The notes beneath the pieces were generated by a model. The model saw only the letters and a program-made list of their open reading frames with translations, was not told where the DNA came from and ran no database searches. This document shows, piece after piece, positions 32,333 through 41,909 of a stretch of 43,684 bases of DNA (position 1 is the stretch's first letter; each line of letters begins with the position of its first letter). The stretch spans positions 1 through 43,684 of the forward strand of contig JARQWU010000060.1 of NCBI GenBank assembly GCA_040182905.1, written 5' to 3'. Source of the stretch: Barthelona sp. PAP020. Lineage: Eukaryota. Both the position numbers and the translations under genes were made by a program.

Positions 32333-33037
32333 TTACAAATCATCATCACTGGACAACAAATCTAAAACATCAATGGGAGGAAAATCTCCAACAACTACTC
32401 TTTTTGGCCTCAAAAAAAGGCCAAATCCCTTATCGGAATCAAAATAACGCTTCCCTTCAAAAGAACCGTCATTTTTACCAAAGGGCTCATCTAATTCAAT
32501 TCCGATCCAATCTCCATCGTTAAGACCACTAACAGAACCAATATAACGAATTGTTCCACGATGATCTGCAGGTTTTATTTCAACACGATCTCCAACTTTC
32601 CAATCAGAAGGGGCAACAATCTCTTCTTCATTGCACTTCTTTTCAAACATTTTGGGATTTCTTCGTTTGAAAGCTCTAAAAGAATCATTACGTTTTTCAT
32701 ACTCAGCTTCCGATATTTCAAATTTTTCGACAGTGGAAATATCAGTAAACGCGATTTCGTTTGTTATTGAGGTTTTATCTGAATCAACACAATGAAGGAT
32801 CATGCCATCCATTGGTGAATAAAAGCCCAATTGCATATCATCATCGTCAAGAGTGCACAAATCATTGTTATCTCTATCTCTTAATATTAATCTCATGTGT
32901 GAAATGCTAGTTCCAGTTTTATTGGATACAATTTCTTTGATGTATCCAATAGTAAATGAATGATAAAATCTAACTTCGGCAAATATGTTCTTTAGAGATG
33001 AATGTGTAATATCTAATTTGACTTGAAAGTCTTGCAT
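32333..33037 (-). CDS. TBCB: Tubulin-folding cofactor B (Ubl + CAP-Gly)
   Basis: LGFYSP, VEKFEISEAEYEKRNDSFRAFK, WIGIELDEPFGKNDGS. ATG at 33037. Confidence 0.93.
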   Translation of the reverse strand: MQDFQVKLDITHSSLKNIFAEVRFYHSFTIGYIKEIVSNKTGTSISHMRLILRDRDNNDLCTLDDDDMQLGFYSPMDGMILHCVDSDKTSITNEIAFTDISTVEKFEISEAEYEKRNDSFRAFKRRNPKMFEKKCNEEEIVAPSDWKVGDRVEIKPADHRGTIRYIGSVSGLNDGDWIGIELDEPFGKNDGSFEGKRYFDSDKGFGLFLRPKRVVVGDFPPIDVLDLLSSDDDL

Positions 33038-33123
33038 GTTGTATTTGATTAAAAAATGAAGTTTTAAAACATTGGCTTTTTTTTTGTAGAAACACATTAT
33101 CGCTTTATGTAATATTTAATATA

Positions 33124-34815
33124 ATGCATCCGAGACAATTTGTACATAATTATGATTTGGATTATGATCTTTCTTCTCCAACCAAACGTGATCTTGAATA
33201 TATTAAAGTATTATTTCGTTCTGATAAGGAAAAAGCAATAAATGAAGTGTTAAAAATATTAAAGGAGAAGATTGCCCCTCGAAATGAATGTGTTAAGCTA
33301 CTACAAAATAATTTGTCAATTGAAGAGTTCAATAGACTTGAATTAAGTTCAACAATTCAAAATGACAACACTGATATACTAAGGGAAAGTTTAACCCGAC
33401 CCAGGCATCGTAAAACAAAATTTAAAAGAGGTCTTTTTGGCAATGATGCTGTTAGAGACATAAATTCAAAGATTAACGACGATGATTTTGAAGAATCAAC
33501 TCCACAACGTAGTCATCCATTACCTGCTATTCGTGGTTTAGCGAATGTGAGATCACCTATTCTTGAAAGTACTCAAAATATCGATATACCGGAAACTCCC
33601 GCGTATGAAATGCAAAGGCCTGTTGTTCAAAGATCAATCAACAATCATTCAGATTCAGATTCAACCTCAAATAGTTCTCATAGCGTTTTTTCTCATTCTT
33701 CTCAAAGGATGAGCTTGCCATCAGACATCATGTCTACTCCAATGCGTCAGCCAAAGAAAGATATGGACAAAATTTTCACTGACACCCCTAAACCCACTGG
33801 TAGTAGATCATTTGGCTCAATGAATGTTGGAGATAAAGTCAAACTTTTGAATAAAAATTATAGTGTGGTTGATTTAATTGGTAGTGGAGGCTCATCACAA
33901 GTATTTAAGGTTATTTCTGAAGAAGGGGAAATATTTGCACTGAAAAGGGTTCAATTGACAAACATTGATCCCAAACTGTCACAAGCATACTTCAATGAGG
34001 TTCAAATTTTGGATTCTTTGAAAGATTTCAACAGTCATGTGATAAAAATGATTGGATATGAAATTTTCTGTGATTGCATATTAATTATTGAGGAGGCTGG
34101 CGAAATTGATCTTAAGAATTTGTTAAAATCGGAAAAAAAAAATCAAGTCCTTGATTTGGTTAAAATTAAATATTTTTGGCAGCAAATGCTTCATGCAGTA
34201 TCTGTAATTCATGATCATCGTATTGTACATGGTGATCTGAAGCCTGCAAACTTTCTTTTAGTTCAAGGACGTTTAAAAATTATTGATTTCGGAATTGCTA
34301 AGCGCATTGCAAATGAAACTGCAAATATCTCAAGGGATAATTTAGCTGGAACTTTGAATTACATTTCTCCTGAAGCAATTACTTCAGATTATGAATCTGG
34401 TTCAAAAATAAAAATTGGTAGACCTGCAGATGTTTGGAGTTTAGGTTGTATATTATACCAAATGATTTATGGAAAATCACCGTTTTCTCATATTAAGAAT
34501 ATTTTATTGAAATTACAGGCAATACCGAATCCAAATTGTGAAATAGCGTATGGAAATATTCAAAATGAATTGTTGTTAGATGTTTTGCAGGGATGCTTAT
34601 GTAGAGATCCTGATAAAAGGTTGACTATTCCTGAATTATTGAAACATCCTTTTTTAACGGCAACACTTTTAGACAACCAATTAGGACCCAATCTATGTGT
34701 TGTTAGTAAAGATATATTGAATCAAATCGTTGTTTGTGTTCGCAATAATCCAGATGTCAGTCAGAATGATTTGGTTGAAAGTTTTTTCTCTCAATTGAAA
34801 GATCACTTTTGTTAA
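33124..34815 (+). CDS. MPS1: Mps1/TTK checkpoint kinase
   Basis: IGSGGSSQVFKV, HGDLKPANFLLVQGRLKIIDFGIAK, GTLNYISPE, KIGRPADVWSLGCILYQMIYGKSPF. Confidence 0.92.
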   Translation: MHPRQFVHNYDLDYDLSSPTKRDLEYIKVLFRSDKEKAINEVLKILKEKIAPRNECVKLLQNNLSIEEFNRLELSSTIQNDNTDILRESLTRPRHRKTKFKRGLFGNDAVRDINSKINDDDFEESTPQRSHPLPAIRGLANVRSPILESTQNIDIPETPAYEMQRPVVQRSINNHSDSDSTSNSSHSVFSHSSQRMSLPSDIMSTPMRQPKKDMDKIFTDTPKPTGSRSFGSMNVGDKVKLLNKNYSVVDLIGSGGSSQVFKVISEEGEIFALKRVQLTNIDPKLSQAYFNEVQILDSLKDFNSHVIKMIGYEIFCDCILIIEEAGEIDLKNLLKSEKKNQVLDLVKIKYFWQQMLHAVSVIHDHRIVHGDLKPANFLLVQGRLKIIDFGIAKRIANETANISRDNLAGTLNYISPEAITSDYESGSKIKIGRPADVWSLGCILYQMIYGKSPFSHIKNILLKLQAIPNPNCEIAYGNIQNELLLDVLQGCLCRDPDKRLTIPELLKHPFLTATLLDNQLGPNLCVVSKDILNQIVVCVRNNPDVSQNDLVESFFSQLKDHFC

Positions 34816-34929
34816 TTGGTTTGGCCAATTAAATAAGTTTATAAATATTAGTTCGTAGTCTTTTATTGTTGACATTGATGTTTTACCAAAAAAACTTTTT
34901 TCACTTCTATTTGTTTATATTTTTAAAAA

Positions 34930-37512
34930 ATGACTACTAATCTTGGATATAAGTTTAGTAACCTTTGTGGACCAGTATACACACAAGGAAATATCATATT
35001 TTCGAAAGATGGTAACAAACTATTTTCTCCCATAGGAAATAGAATTTCTTCTGTTGATCTGATAGAACATGCATCAATAACGTTTCCTTATGAACTACGA
35101 TCAGACATTACGAGATTGGATATTCATCCAAATGATCAAATGATCTTGGCTATTGATGAAGATGGAATAGGTGCTATTTTATCGACATTAACTGGTTCAA
35201 TGCTACACAAATTTAATTTTAAAGAAAAAGTATTGGCAAGTTCTTTTTCACCTTGTGGAAATTATTTGGCTATATCACAAGGACGTTACATTGATATATA
35301 TCGAACTCCTTCAATGGATAGACAGTATAGTGCGTTTGTAAAACTTCGCCGTATTTCTGGTCACCAAGAAGATGTTACTTATCTTCGTTTTACGGATGAT
35401 TCTCAATTTATTTTGAGTGGTGGTGCTGATACAACTGGTAGAGTATTTCCATTACTTCCAAAAACACAAGATGAAGCTATTTACAAATATAAAACAACAT
35501 TTGCCGCTCATAGAGATCCAGTAAAATGCATTTTTACCTATCCCAAGGAAAAACAAACTGTTTCGAGCGATTTTTGGCATAACAATGATATTTTTACTGT
35601 GGATGCAGGTGGTGCAGTGTATCAATGGACATTTGAGGATAAAGGTTGGGTTTTAGTTGAAAAAACAGTACTTGATATGCATTCAAGAGTTATTGATGTC
35701 GCTTATTCATCTCAAGGTGTTTTTGGGATTGGTTTTGCGAATGGTTCTTTTGCTTTATATGATTTACCGTCTGTATCTCTTCTTCAATCACTGTCGGTGT
35801 CAAAAACAACACTTTCAACCATTTGCTTTGAACCAAAAGGCCATTGGTTGGCAATGGGTGTTTCGGGTCTTGGGCAACTTTTAGTTTGGGAATGGGGCTC
35901 TGAAAGCTTTATTTTAAAACAACAAGGGCATTTATATCCAGTGAATTGTGTTGACTTTTCAGCAGATGGAGCTCTTATGGTTTCAGGTGGTGATGATGGA
36001 AAGATAAAAGTTTGGTCTGCCCGACATGGATTTTCCTTTGTTACGTTTGCGGCACATGGTGCACCTATTACTGGTGTAAAATTTTTGCCCAATGATGCTG
36101 CAGTAATTTCATGTTCTGTTGATGGAACAATCAAAGCTCATGATTTAGTCAGATATAGGTGTTTTAGAACAATGCATACACCTTCACATGATCAATTTTC
36201 ATCGATATCAGTTGATCCAAGTGGTGAATTTATTGCTGCTGGTTCTTCTAGGGAGGGCTTGGTGTATGTTTTTGAATTGGCCACTGGAAAATTGCTGGAT
36301 ACTCTTGGAGGTCATGATGCACCAGTATCTTGTGTTAGCTTTTTGCCATCTGATTGTGCTGTCGAAGAAACATTGCTATTGACATGTTCTTGGGATTGTA
36401 CTGTTCGTATTATTGATATTACTGCCAGTGAAGCTGGGGCATTTACCATTACTTTGTCTGATGATTGTTTATCTTGCGCATGGCATCCTTCTGGACTAAA
36501 GTTTGCAATTGCTTGTTTAGATGGATCAATCTATGAATATACTCGAGAGGGCCAACAAACTCGTGTGATTGAAACTCGTAAGGATGCTAAATCCGGAAGA
36601 TTACATGGTGGGCTTAGAACTGCTGCAAATCAGTCACATGATGAGTTTTTCACAAACATTTGTTATTCTCCAGACGGTAAGTTAATTTTTGGCTCTGGAA
36701 GAAGTAAATATGTTTGTGCTTATTGGAAAAATACGTTGGTTGCGAGATTTAGTTTGTCACAGCATGCAAAACTTTCAGGAGCCAGGGAAATGTTAAATTC
36801 AAAAACTATGACTGAATATGGTGATATTTCTGAGTATGATGATCATGTCTTAGATGCAGATGAAAGATTTATGAAGCGAAATGTTTTACCAGGAGCTAGA
36901 ATAAAAGTTAATACAGATAAAAGAGTTTCTTCAGATGAAATTCGTGCACAAATGGTTATGTTTTCTAAAAATGGACGAAATTTTGCCGTTGCAACAACAT
37001 TGGGTGTTCATTTGTTTTCTTTAGATTCTCAATTAGCAAATTCATTGGAACCATTGGACTTGGATATTGAATTGACTCCTGAAACTTTTTACAAATATTT
37101 AGAGAATGATGAATATAATTTGGCATTGATAACTGCCTTAAGATTACAGATAGAAAGATTAATAGTTGAACTTTTCTATCGAACTCCCTGTGAGAGCATT
37201 GAAATATTAACCAGAGGAATTCCGGTCAGATATTTAAAATTCATTCTCAAGGCATTAGCCAATGAACTGGATATATCACCCAATGTTGAAATTATTATTT
37301 CTTGGATTTTGAACATATTTAATAATTTTGCGCAAACTTTGAGGGTGGAAGATCAATATCAAACTATTTTTAGGCAATTAAGACAAGTTTTGAGAAGTAG
37401 ATTAGTACCTGTTGAAAAGAATATTAAATTCAATGTCGGAATGTTGGAATTTTTTAGCAATCACGTTCAACAAAGTGAAGTTACTGGTGAAAACAATTTG
37501 ATGAGTGAATAG
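34930..37512 (+). CDS. PWP2: Periodic tryptophan protein 2 (Utp1), SSU processome
   Basis: YKFSNLCGPVY.QGN, LFSPIGNRIS, LGQLLVWEW.SE.FILKQQGH, DLVRYRCFRT, LNSK.MTE.G, plus a Utp12-type C-terminus. Confidence 0.96.
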   Translation: MTTNLGYKFSNLCGPVYTQGNIIFSKDGNKLFSPIGNRISSVDLIEHASITFPYELRSDITRLDIHPNDQMILAIDEDGIGAILSTLTGSMLHKFNFKEKVLASSFSPCGNYLAISQGRYIDIYRTPSMDRQYSAFVKLRRISGHQEDVTYLRFTDDSQFILSGGADTTGRVFPLLPKTQDEAIYKYKTTFAAHRDPVKCIFTYPKEKQTVSSDFWHNNDIFTVDAGGAVYQWTFEDKGWVLVEKTVLDMHSRVIDVAYSSQGVFGIGFANGSFALYDLPSVSLLQSLSVSKTTLSTICFEPKGHWLAMGVSGLGQLLVWEWGSESFILKQQGHLYPVNCVDFSADGALMVSGGDDGKIKVWSARHGFSFVTFAAHGAPITGVKFLPNDAAVISCSVDGTIKAHDLVRYRCFRTMHTPSHDQFSSISVDPSGEFIAAGSSREGLVYVFELATGKLLDTLGGHDAPVSCVSFLPSDCAVEETLLLTCSWDCTVRIIDITASEAGAFTITLSDDCLSCAWHPSGLKFAIACLDGSIYEYTREGQQTRVIETRKDAKSGRLHGGLRTAANQSHDEFFTNICYSPDGKLIFGSGRSKYVCAYWKNTLVARFSLSQHAKLSGAREMLNSKTMTEYGDISEYDDHVLDADERFMKRNVLPGARIKVNTDKRVSSDEIRAQMVMFSKNGRNFAVATTLGVHLFSLDSQLANSLEPLDLDIELTPETFYKYLENDEYNLALITALRLQIERLIVELFYRTPCESIEILTRGIPVRYLKFILKALANELDISPNVEIIISWILNIFNNFAQTLRVEDQYQTIFRQLRQVLRSRLVPVEKNIKFNVGMLEFFSNHVQQSEVTGENNLMSE

Positions 37513-37641
37513 TTCCTTTTTTTTTTATAGTTGCATTGATAATATAATATTATTAATATTCGGATAAATTTGAACCCATTTTTTCATTTTTGTTGCCTCT
37601 TAAGGATGAAGTTTTTAATGTTTGTTTTTTTCCACTGAATA

Positions 37642-38310
37642 ATGTCGTTAAAGCAGTTAAAAATACTACTTTCATCAATTGAAGACTTTGATCAACCAAA
37701 AATTCAATATGAACAATATATTACAAATCCCGAATGTGCTGCACAACTTTTTGTGTCTGCCACAGAATATGATGATATTGAAGAAAAAAATGTTCTGGAT
37801 TTAGGATGTGGAACTGGCATGTTATCCATTGGAAGCGCTTTATGTGGTGCGAATCAGGTTTTTAGTATTGACATTGATAATGATGCATTAGATATATTTA
37901 GAGGTAATATATCATCATATGAAGAAAATTATGAATTAGAATTACCTATTGAAATTATTAATACTGACATATCGGAAGGTATTGATGAGAATGACAGTGT
38001 TAGTCCACTTTTTTTCAATCTAATTAGAAATAATGAGATAAACTGTGTATTAACTAATCCACCTTTTGGCACAAAAACACAAAAAAATATTGATTCGACA
38101 TTTTTACGTATTCCAATGTTATGCAACGTTGAAGTCATATATTCATTTCATAAAACATCAACATTACCATTTTTAAGGAAATTAGGAAAGAAATTTGGTT
38201 ATGAAATGATGGAAATTCAGAATTTTCAATGGAAATTGGATAACACCTACAAATTTCACAAAGAAAAGAAATTATTTATTGAGGTTACCCTTTGTAGATT
38301 TAATAAATAA
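37642..38310 (+). CDS. METTL5: 18S rRNA N6-adenosine methyltransferase METTL5-like
   Basis: PK.QYEQY.T, DLGCGTGML, TNPPFGTK, YSFHKTST, TYKFHK. Confidence 0.92.
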   Translation: MSLKQLKILLSSIEDFDQPKIQYEQYITNPECAAQLFVSATEYDDIEEKNVLDLGCGTGMLSIGSALCGANQVFSIDIDNDALDIFRGNISSYEENYELELPIEIINTDISEGIDENDSVSPLFFNLIRNNEINCVLTNPPFGTKTQKNIDSTFLRIPMLCNVEVIYSFHKTSTLPFLRKLGKKFGYEMMEIQNFQWKLDNTYKFHKEKKLFIEVTLCRFNK

Positions 38311-38386
38311 GGGTCTTTCATTATAGTCTGACAAAGTAAATTATAGACAAAGTTATAATTTTTTTTTTTTGACCTTTGAGACTTAG

Positions 38387-39064
38387 ATGTCAAATAATAA
38401 CTCTAATCAAAATGAAATTGAACCAGAAGTCGATCCAAGAACTGTTTATTTTATATTAGAAAATGCTTCACTTCAATATGCAAAAATTGAAAACAAATTG
38501 CAATTGTTATCAAATAATCCTTTTCATGAAAAATATATAACTAAGAAATTGAAGAAAGATCCTAACGATTTTAATCCTCATATTCTATTTGATAGTTTGA
38601 AAACTTTATTGGATTCCCCTTTGAATAAAGCTGGTTTATTAAAAGTATATATTCACACATATAATGATTTATATATTGATGTTAATTCAGATATACGTTT
38701 GCCTCGTACCTATCCAAGATTTGCAGGTTTGATTGTTCAATTATTGTTGAAAAAGAAAATTGTTACAGAAGATGGTAAAACATTGATGAGAATTCTCAAA
38801 AAGCCCATTTTATCAAAGTTACCCAGCAATTCAATTAAAATCAGCACCAGTTTTCATGCAGAAAATGTTCATAACATAAATCAATATGTTTTAACATTGC
38901 CTGAACGTTCTCCTCAAGTTTTTATTGTGGGGGTTATGCCAACGGGGAGAATTGATTTGGATTTTGTGGACACAGAAATAGCTATTTCCAATTATCCTCT
39001 TTCAGCACAATCAGTATGTGCAAAAATTACAAACGCCATTGAGGAAAAATATTTAATTGTTTAA
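38387..39064 (+). CDS. EMG1: Nep1/Emg1 18S rRNA pseudouridine N1-methyltransferase (SPOUT)
   Basis: ILENASL, LLDSPLNKAGLLKVYIHT, RLPRTYPRFAGL.VQLL, ISNYPLSA. Confidence 0.93.
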   Translation: MSNNNSNQNEIEPEVDPRTVYFILENASLQYAKIENKLQLLSNNPFHEKYITKKLKKDPNDFNPHILFDSLKTLLDSPLNKAGLLKVYIHTYNDLYIDVNSDIRLPRTYPRFAGLIVQLLLKKKIVTEDGKTLMRILKKPILSKLPSNSIKISTSFHAENVHNINQYVLTLPERSPQVFIVGVMPTGRIDLDFVDTEIAISNYPLSAQSVCAKITNAIEEKYLIV

Positions 39065-39657
39065 AATTGCGGTATTTTTATAAACATGTAGTCTTTTCTT
39101 TTGGTAATTGATAGTATAAAGTGTTATAGCACAAAAATTTGGTTAATTTCATAATTTCTACTCTCATTTCTCCTGTCATATTCATCTTTTTTTCTTTGTT
39201 TGTTTGTTTGCAATTTTGTACCAATTTCAATTTTGAAAAGTTATGGAAATACTTTCTTTCGAAGGAAAATGAACAAAGGATGTTACTAAATTCATAAAAT
39301 CCCCAAGTCCATTTGATCTTTGTGGCAACCCGTCATCAAAAATCAGAACTCCAAAATGCCCTTATTTTTGCCTTTGTCATCAAATATTATTTGAAAGATC
39401 ATTTTATTAGGAAGGGCAATGAAACTACCAAACCAGAAAAGACTGAAACTTTGATTGGAGAAAGCTCATTGCGAATTAAGTTCATCAAATAAAAAGCTGA
39501 AGAATCAAACAACATTCAAAAAACTTAAAAATGAAGAAATTTATAAACAGATTGAATGGGTTCTCAAATTTCTTTTTTCCTTTATAACAAAATAAATTAC
39601 CGAATGAATAAAATACAGAATATTTATATTTACAACATGGAACCTTCATCAGAAGTT

Positions 39658-41289
39658 TCAGAAATAATTTGCAATAATGTTTAAATTTTGGTCTTCATAA
39701 TCAGAATCGCTTTCATCGTTTTCAAATCTTGAATTACACAAATGTTTTGACATTGTGATGGTCAGAGATTTTCGTTGTTCTGGAGATAATAAAGTTGAAG
39801 TATTTGAGGAGGTGGAATACATATCTTCAAATAATAAAGTAGATTTTCTTGCTTCACATGCCGATAAAAATGCGCTGGTTTCGCTCGAGATGGGTATGGC
39901 TGGGGTGGCTGGCGTTACAGTTCCCACATCTAAATCATCCAAAACATCTTCAATATTAACATACCCATCTCTATCTTGTGTGTTTCCATCATTCATCATA
40001 TTTTTACGCCAAGACTGTTTTTGTGGACTTTGAACAAAGATAAACTCTTCATCACTGCTAAGGTTATCCTTTTCATTGTTGCTATTAAACATTTTATTTT
40101 TTTGTGATTTGTGAGATATGGGGCTAAGATAACCTGAAGAAATGAACTCATAATCTGAATCCACAAGACTGGCTAATGTGCCTGCAACTTCAAATTGACA
40201 AATAACATGAAAATTCATGGGATATACAGAATGATTTTTGTCTTTTACAGCATCATCCAACTCATTTTTGGTCAAAACAAGATTCGAAACACCATTTTTA
40301 CATTTTAAAAAACCAGTATTGATTGTGAATTGGAATAGATGCTTCTCACCTGAATAAATTACAAATCTTAAATCCCCAGCAAGTGATAATGGACAATCTG
40401 GCATTACAGTGGCATAATCAGTCACAAAATCAATAGGATCTGACTCGTATATCACGTTAAAACGAGAATAATGAGAGTCGTTATTTATTTCATATTCAAT
40501 AATCTCAATAGTGTAAACCAGTTCATCTCGAAATTTAATATCTCCATGAAGTCCAATCCCTTTTAATCTGAAGGTTGTCGAAAAGTCAATTTTATTCACA
40601 GAAGGACTCACGAATTTACATGCCAAGTCGGAGATCTTGTCATATTTATCCTTTGGGATTTCTTCTTCCAAAATATATGATATTGGTCTTTCAACACCTA
40701 AATCAGTAGGAAATTGAAGTAAGGGGAATAATTCAAGATACTTACTGAAATAACCACAGTATCTTCGTTGAGACGGTATAGTTACACCTTTATAATCATA
40801 AGTTCTTTGTAAAGCATAAAAATTTAATGCTTCTTTGGCATTCCTGCAAACTTGAGTAAAAAGCAACAAACATACAATGATTGTTCCTGTTCTACCTTTT
40901 CCAGCCTTACAATGTACCGCAACAATATTTTCATTATCTTGTTCCAAAAATTGCTGTAAAGATCTACAACAATCAATAATCATTTTAAAAGATGGAGGAT
41001 TATGATCATAAAACTGAAAATTCATAACATTTCCATCAAATAATTGCGAATCATATTGTCGATTGGGCTCAATGCACAGATTAACAATCAAATAATGATT
41101 ATTATGATAGGTATCGAAAAAATTCTTGACTTCATCATAAGGATTTCGATACATAGCCTCACTATTATGAGATGGAAACCCCATAGCTATTACCCTTGGA
41201 GTTATATATGTTAAATCCAAATCAAAATTGTCTGTTTGAAATCTTCTTTTTTGTTTTGATACTATTCTTCGTACAACTTCAAAAACCAT
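39658..41289 (-). CDS. PTEN: PTEN-like phosphoinositide phosphatase
   Basis: VSKQKRRF..NFDLDLTYIT, DHNPP, HCKAGKGRTG, GVTIPSQRRY, C2 domain with F.F.INT.F and ELDDA.KD. Confidence 0.93.
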   Translation of the reverse strand: MVFEVVRRIVSKQKRRFQTDNFDLDLTYITPRVIAMGFPSHNSEAMYRNPYDEVKNFFDTYHNNHYLIVNLCIEPNRQYDSQLFDGNVMNFQFYDHNPPSFKMIIDCCRSLQQFLEQDNENIVAVHCKAGKGRTGTIIVCLLLFTQVCRNAKEALNFYALQRTYDYKGVTIPSQRRYCGYFSKYLELFPLLQFPTDLGVERPISYILEEEIPKDKYDKISDLACKFVSPSVNKIDFSTTFRLKGIGLHGDIKFRDELVYTIEIIEYEINNDSHYSRFNVIYESDPIDFVTDYATVMPDCPLSLAGDLRFVIYSGEKHLFQFTINTGFLKCKNGVSNLVLTKNELDDAVKDKNHSVYPMNFHVICQFEVAGTLASLVDSDYEFISSGYLSPISHKSQKNKMFNSNNEKDNLSSDEEFIFVQSPQKQSWRKNMMNDGNTQDRDGYVNIEDVLDDLDVGTVTPATPAIPISSETSAFLSACEARKSTLLFEDMYSTSSNTSTLLSPEQRKSLTITMSKHLCNSRFENDESDSDYEDQNLNIIANYF

Positions 41290-41909
41290 TATTTAATTAA
41301 TAATACAGGATCATATCATTCAATAATAATGACAAAAAAAAAGAGAATAAAGAAAACAAAAACAGAGTGTTTTATTCTTTCTTCAAATAATGTCTTAATT
41401 CCTCTTTCATTTTACCTGTTTTTTCAAAATAAAATAATTTTAGGTATTTTTTTTATTGTAGCAGTTCAGTAACAATCACAATGACAAGTTGGAAAACTTC
41501 AATTTTCCATCCTTCATCAATGCTGTTTTTAATTGTATTTATTTCTTTTGATAATTTTTTTAACATTTGTAAAAAAATTTGATGCTTTCTTACCAGATTT
41601 TCCTAATTTCTAAAACTATCAGCCCAAAACATTAATTTCATTAAAAAAATCAAAAAATCAACTTACTGATATTTATTGATGGAAATTATTTTCCTTTTAC
41701 TTGAAATCTTCAGACCACACAAGTTTTTTTTTCAAAGAAATCTATTGCTGTTACCAAATTGTAATTGAATGAAAAGTTTCCCCAAATTTCATTTGGTTAT
41801 CAAAGTATTTTATGCTTCCAATTTTTCGAGCTGCAAAAAATAACTAAATATATAAAAATAACGCCGTTTACTCAAATATTCACAATGTGATGATTATGGA
41901 AACAGATTT

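Noticed and set aside
39240..39600. Coding-like fragments between EMG1 and PTEN
   Set aside because: Broken by stops with no recognisable homology. Possibly a decayed gene, but unsupported.
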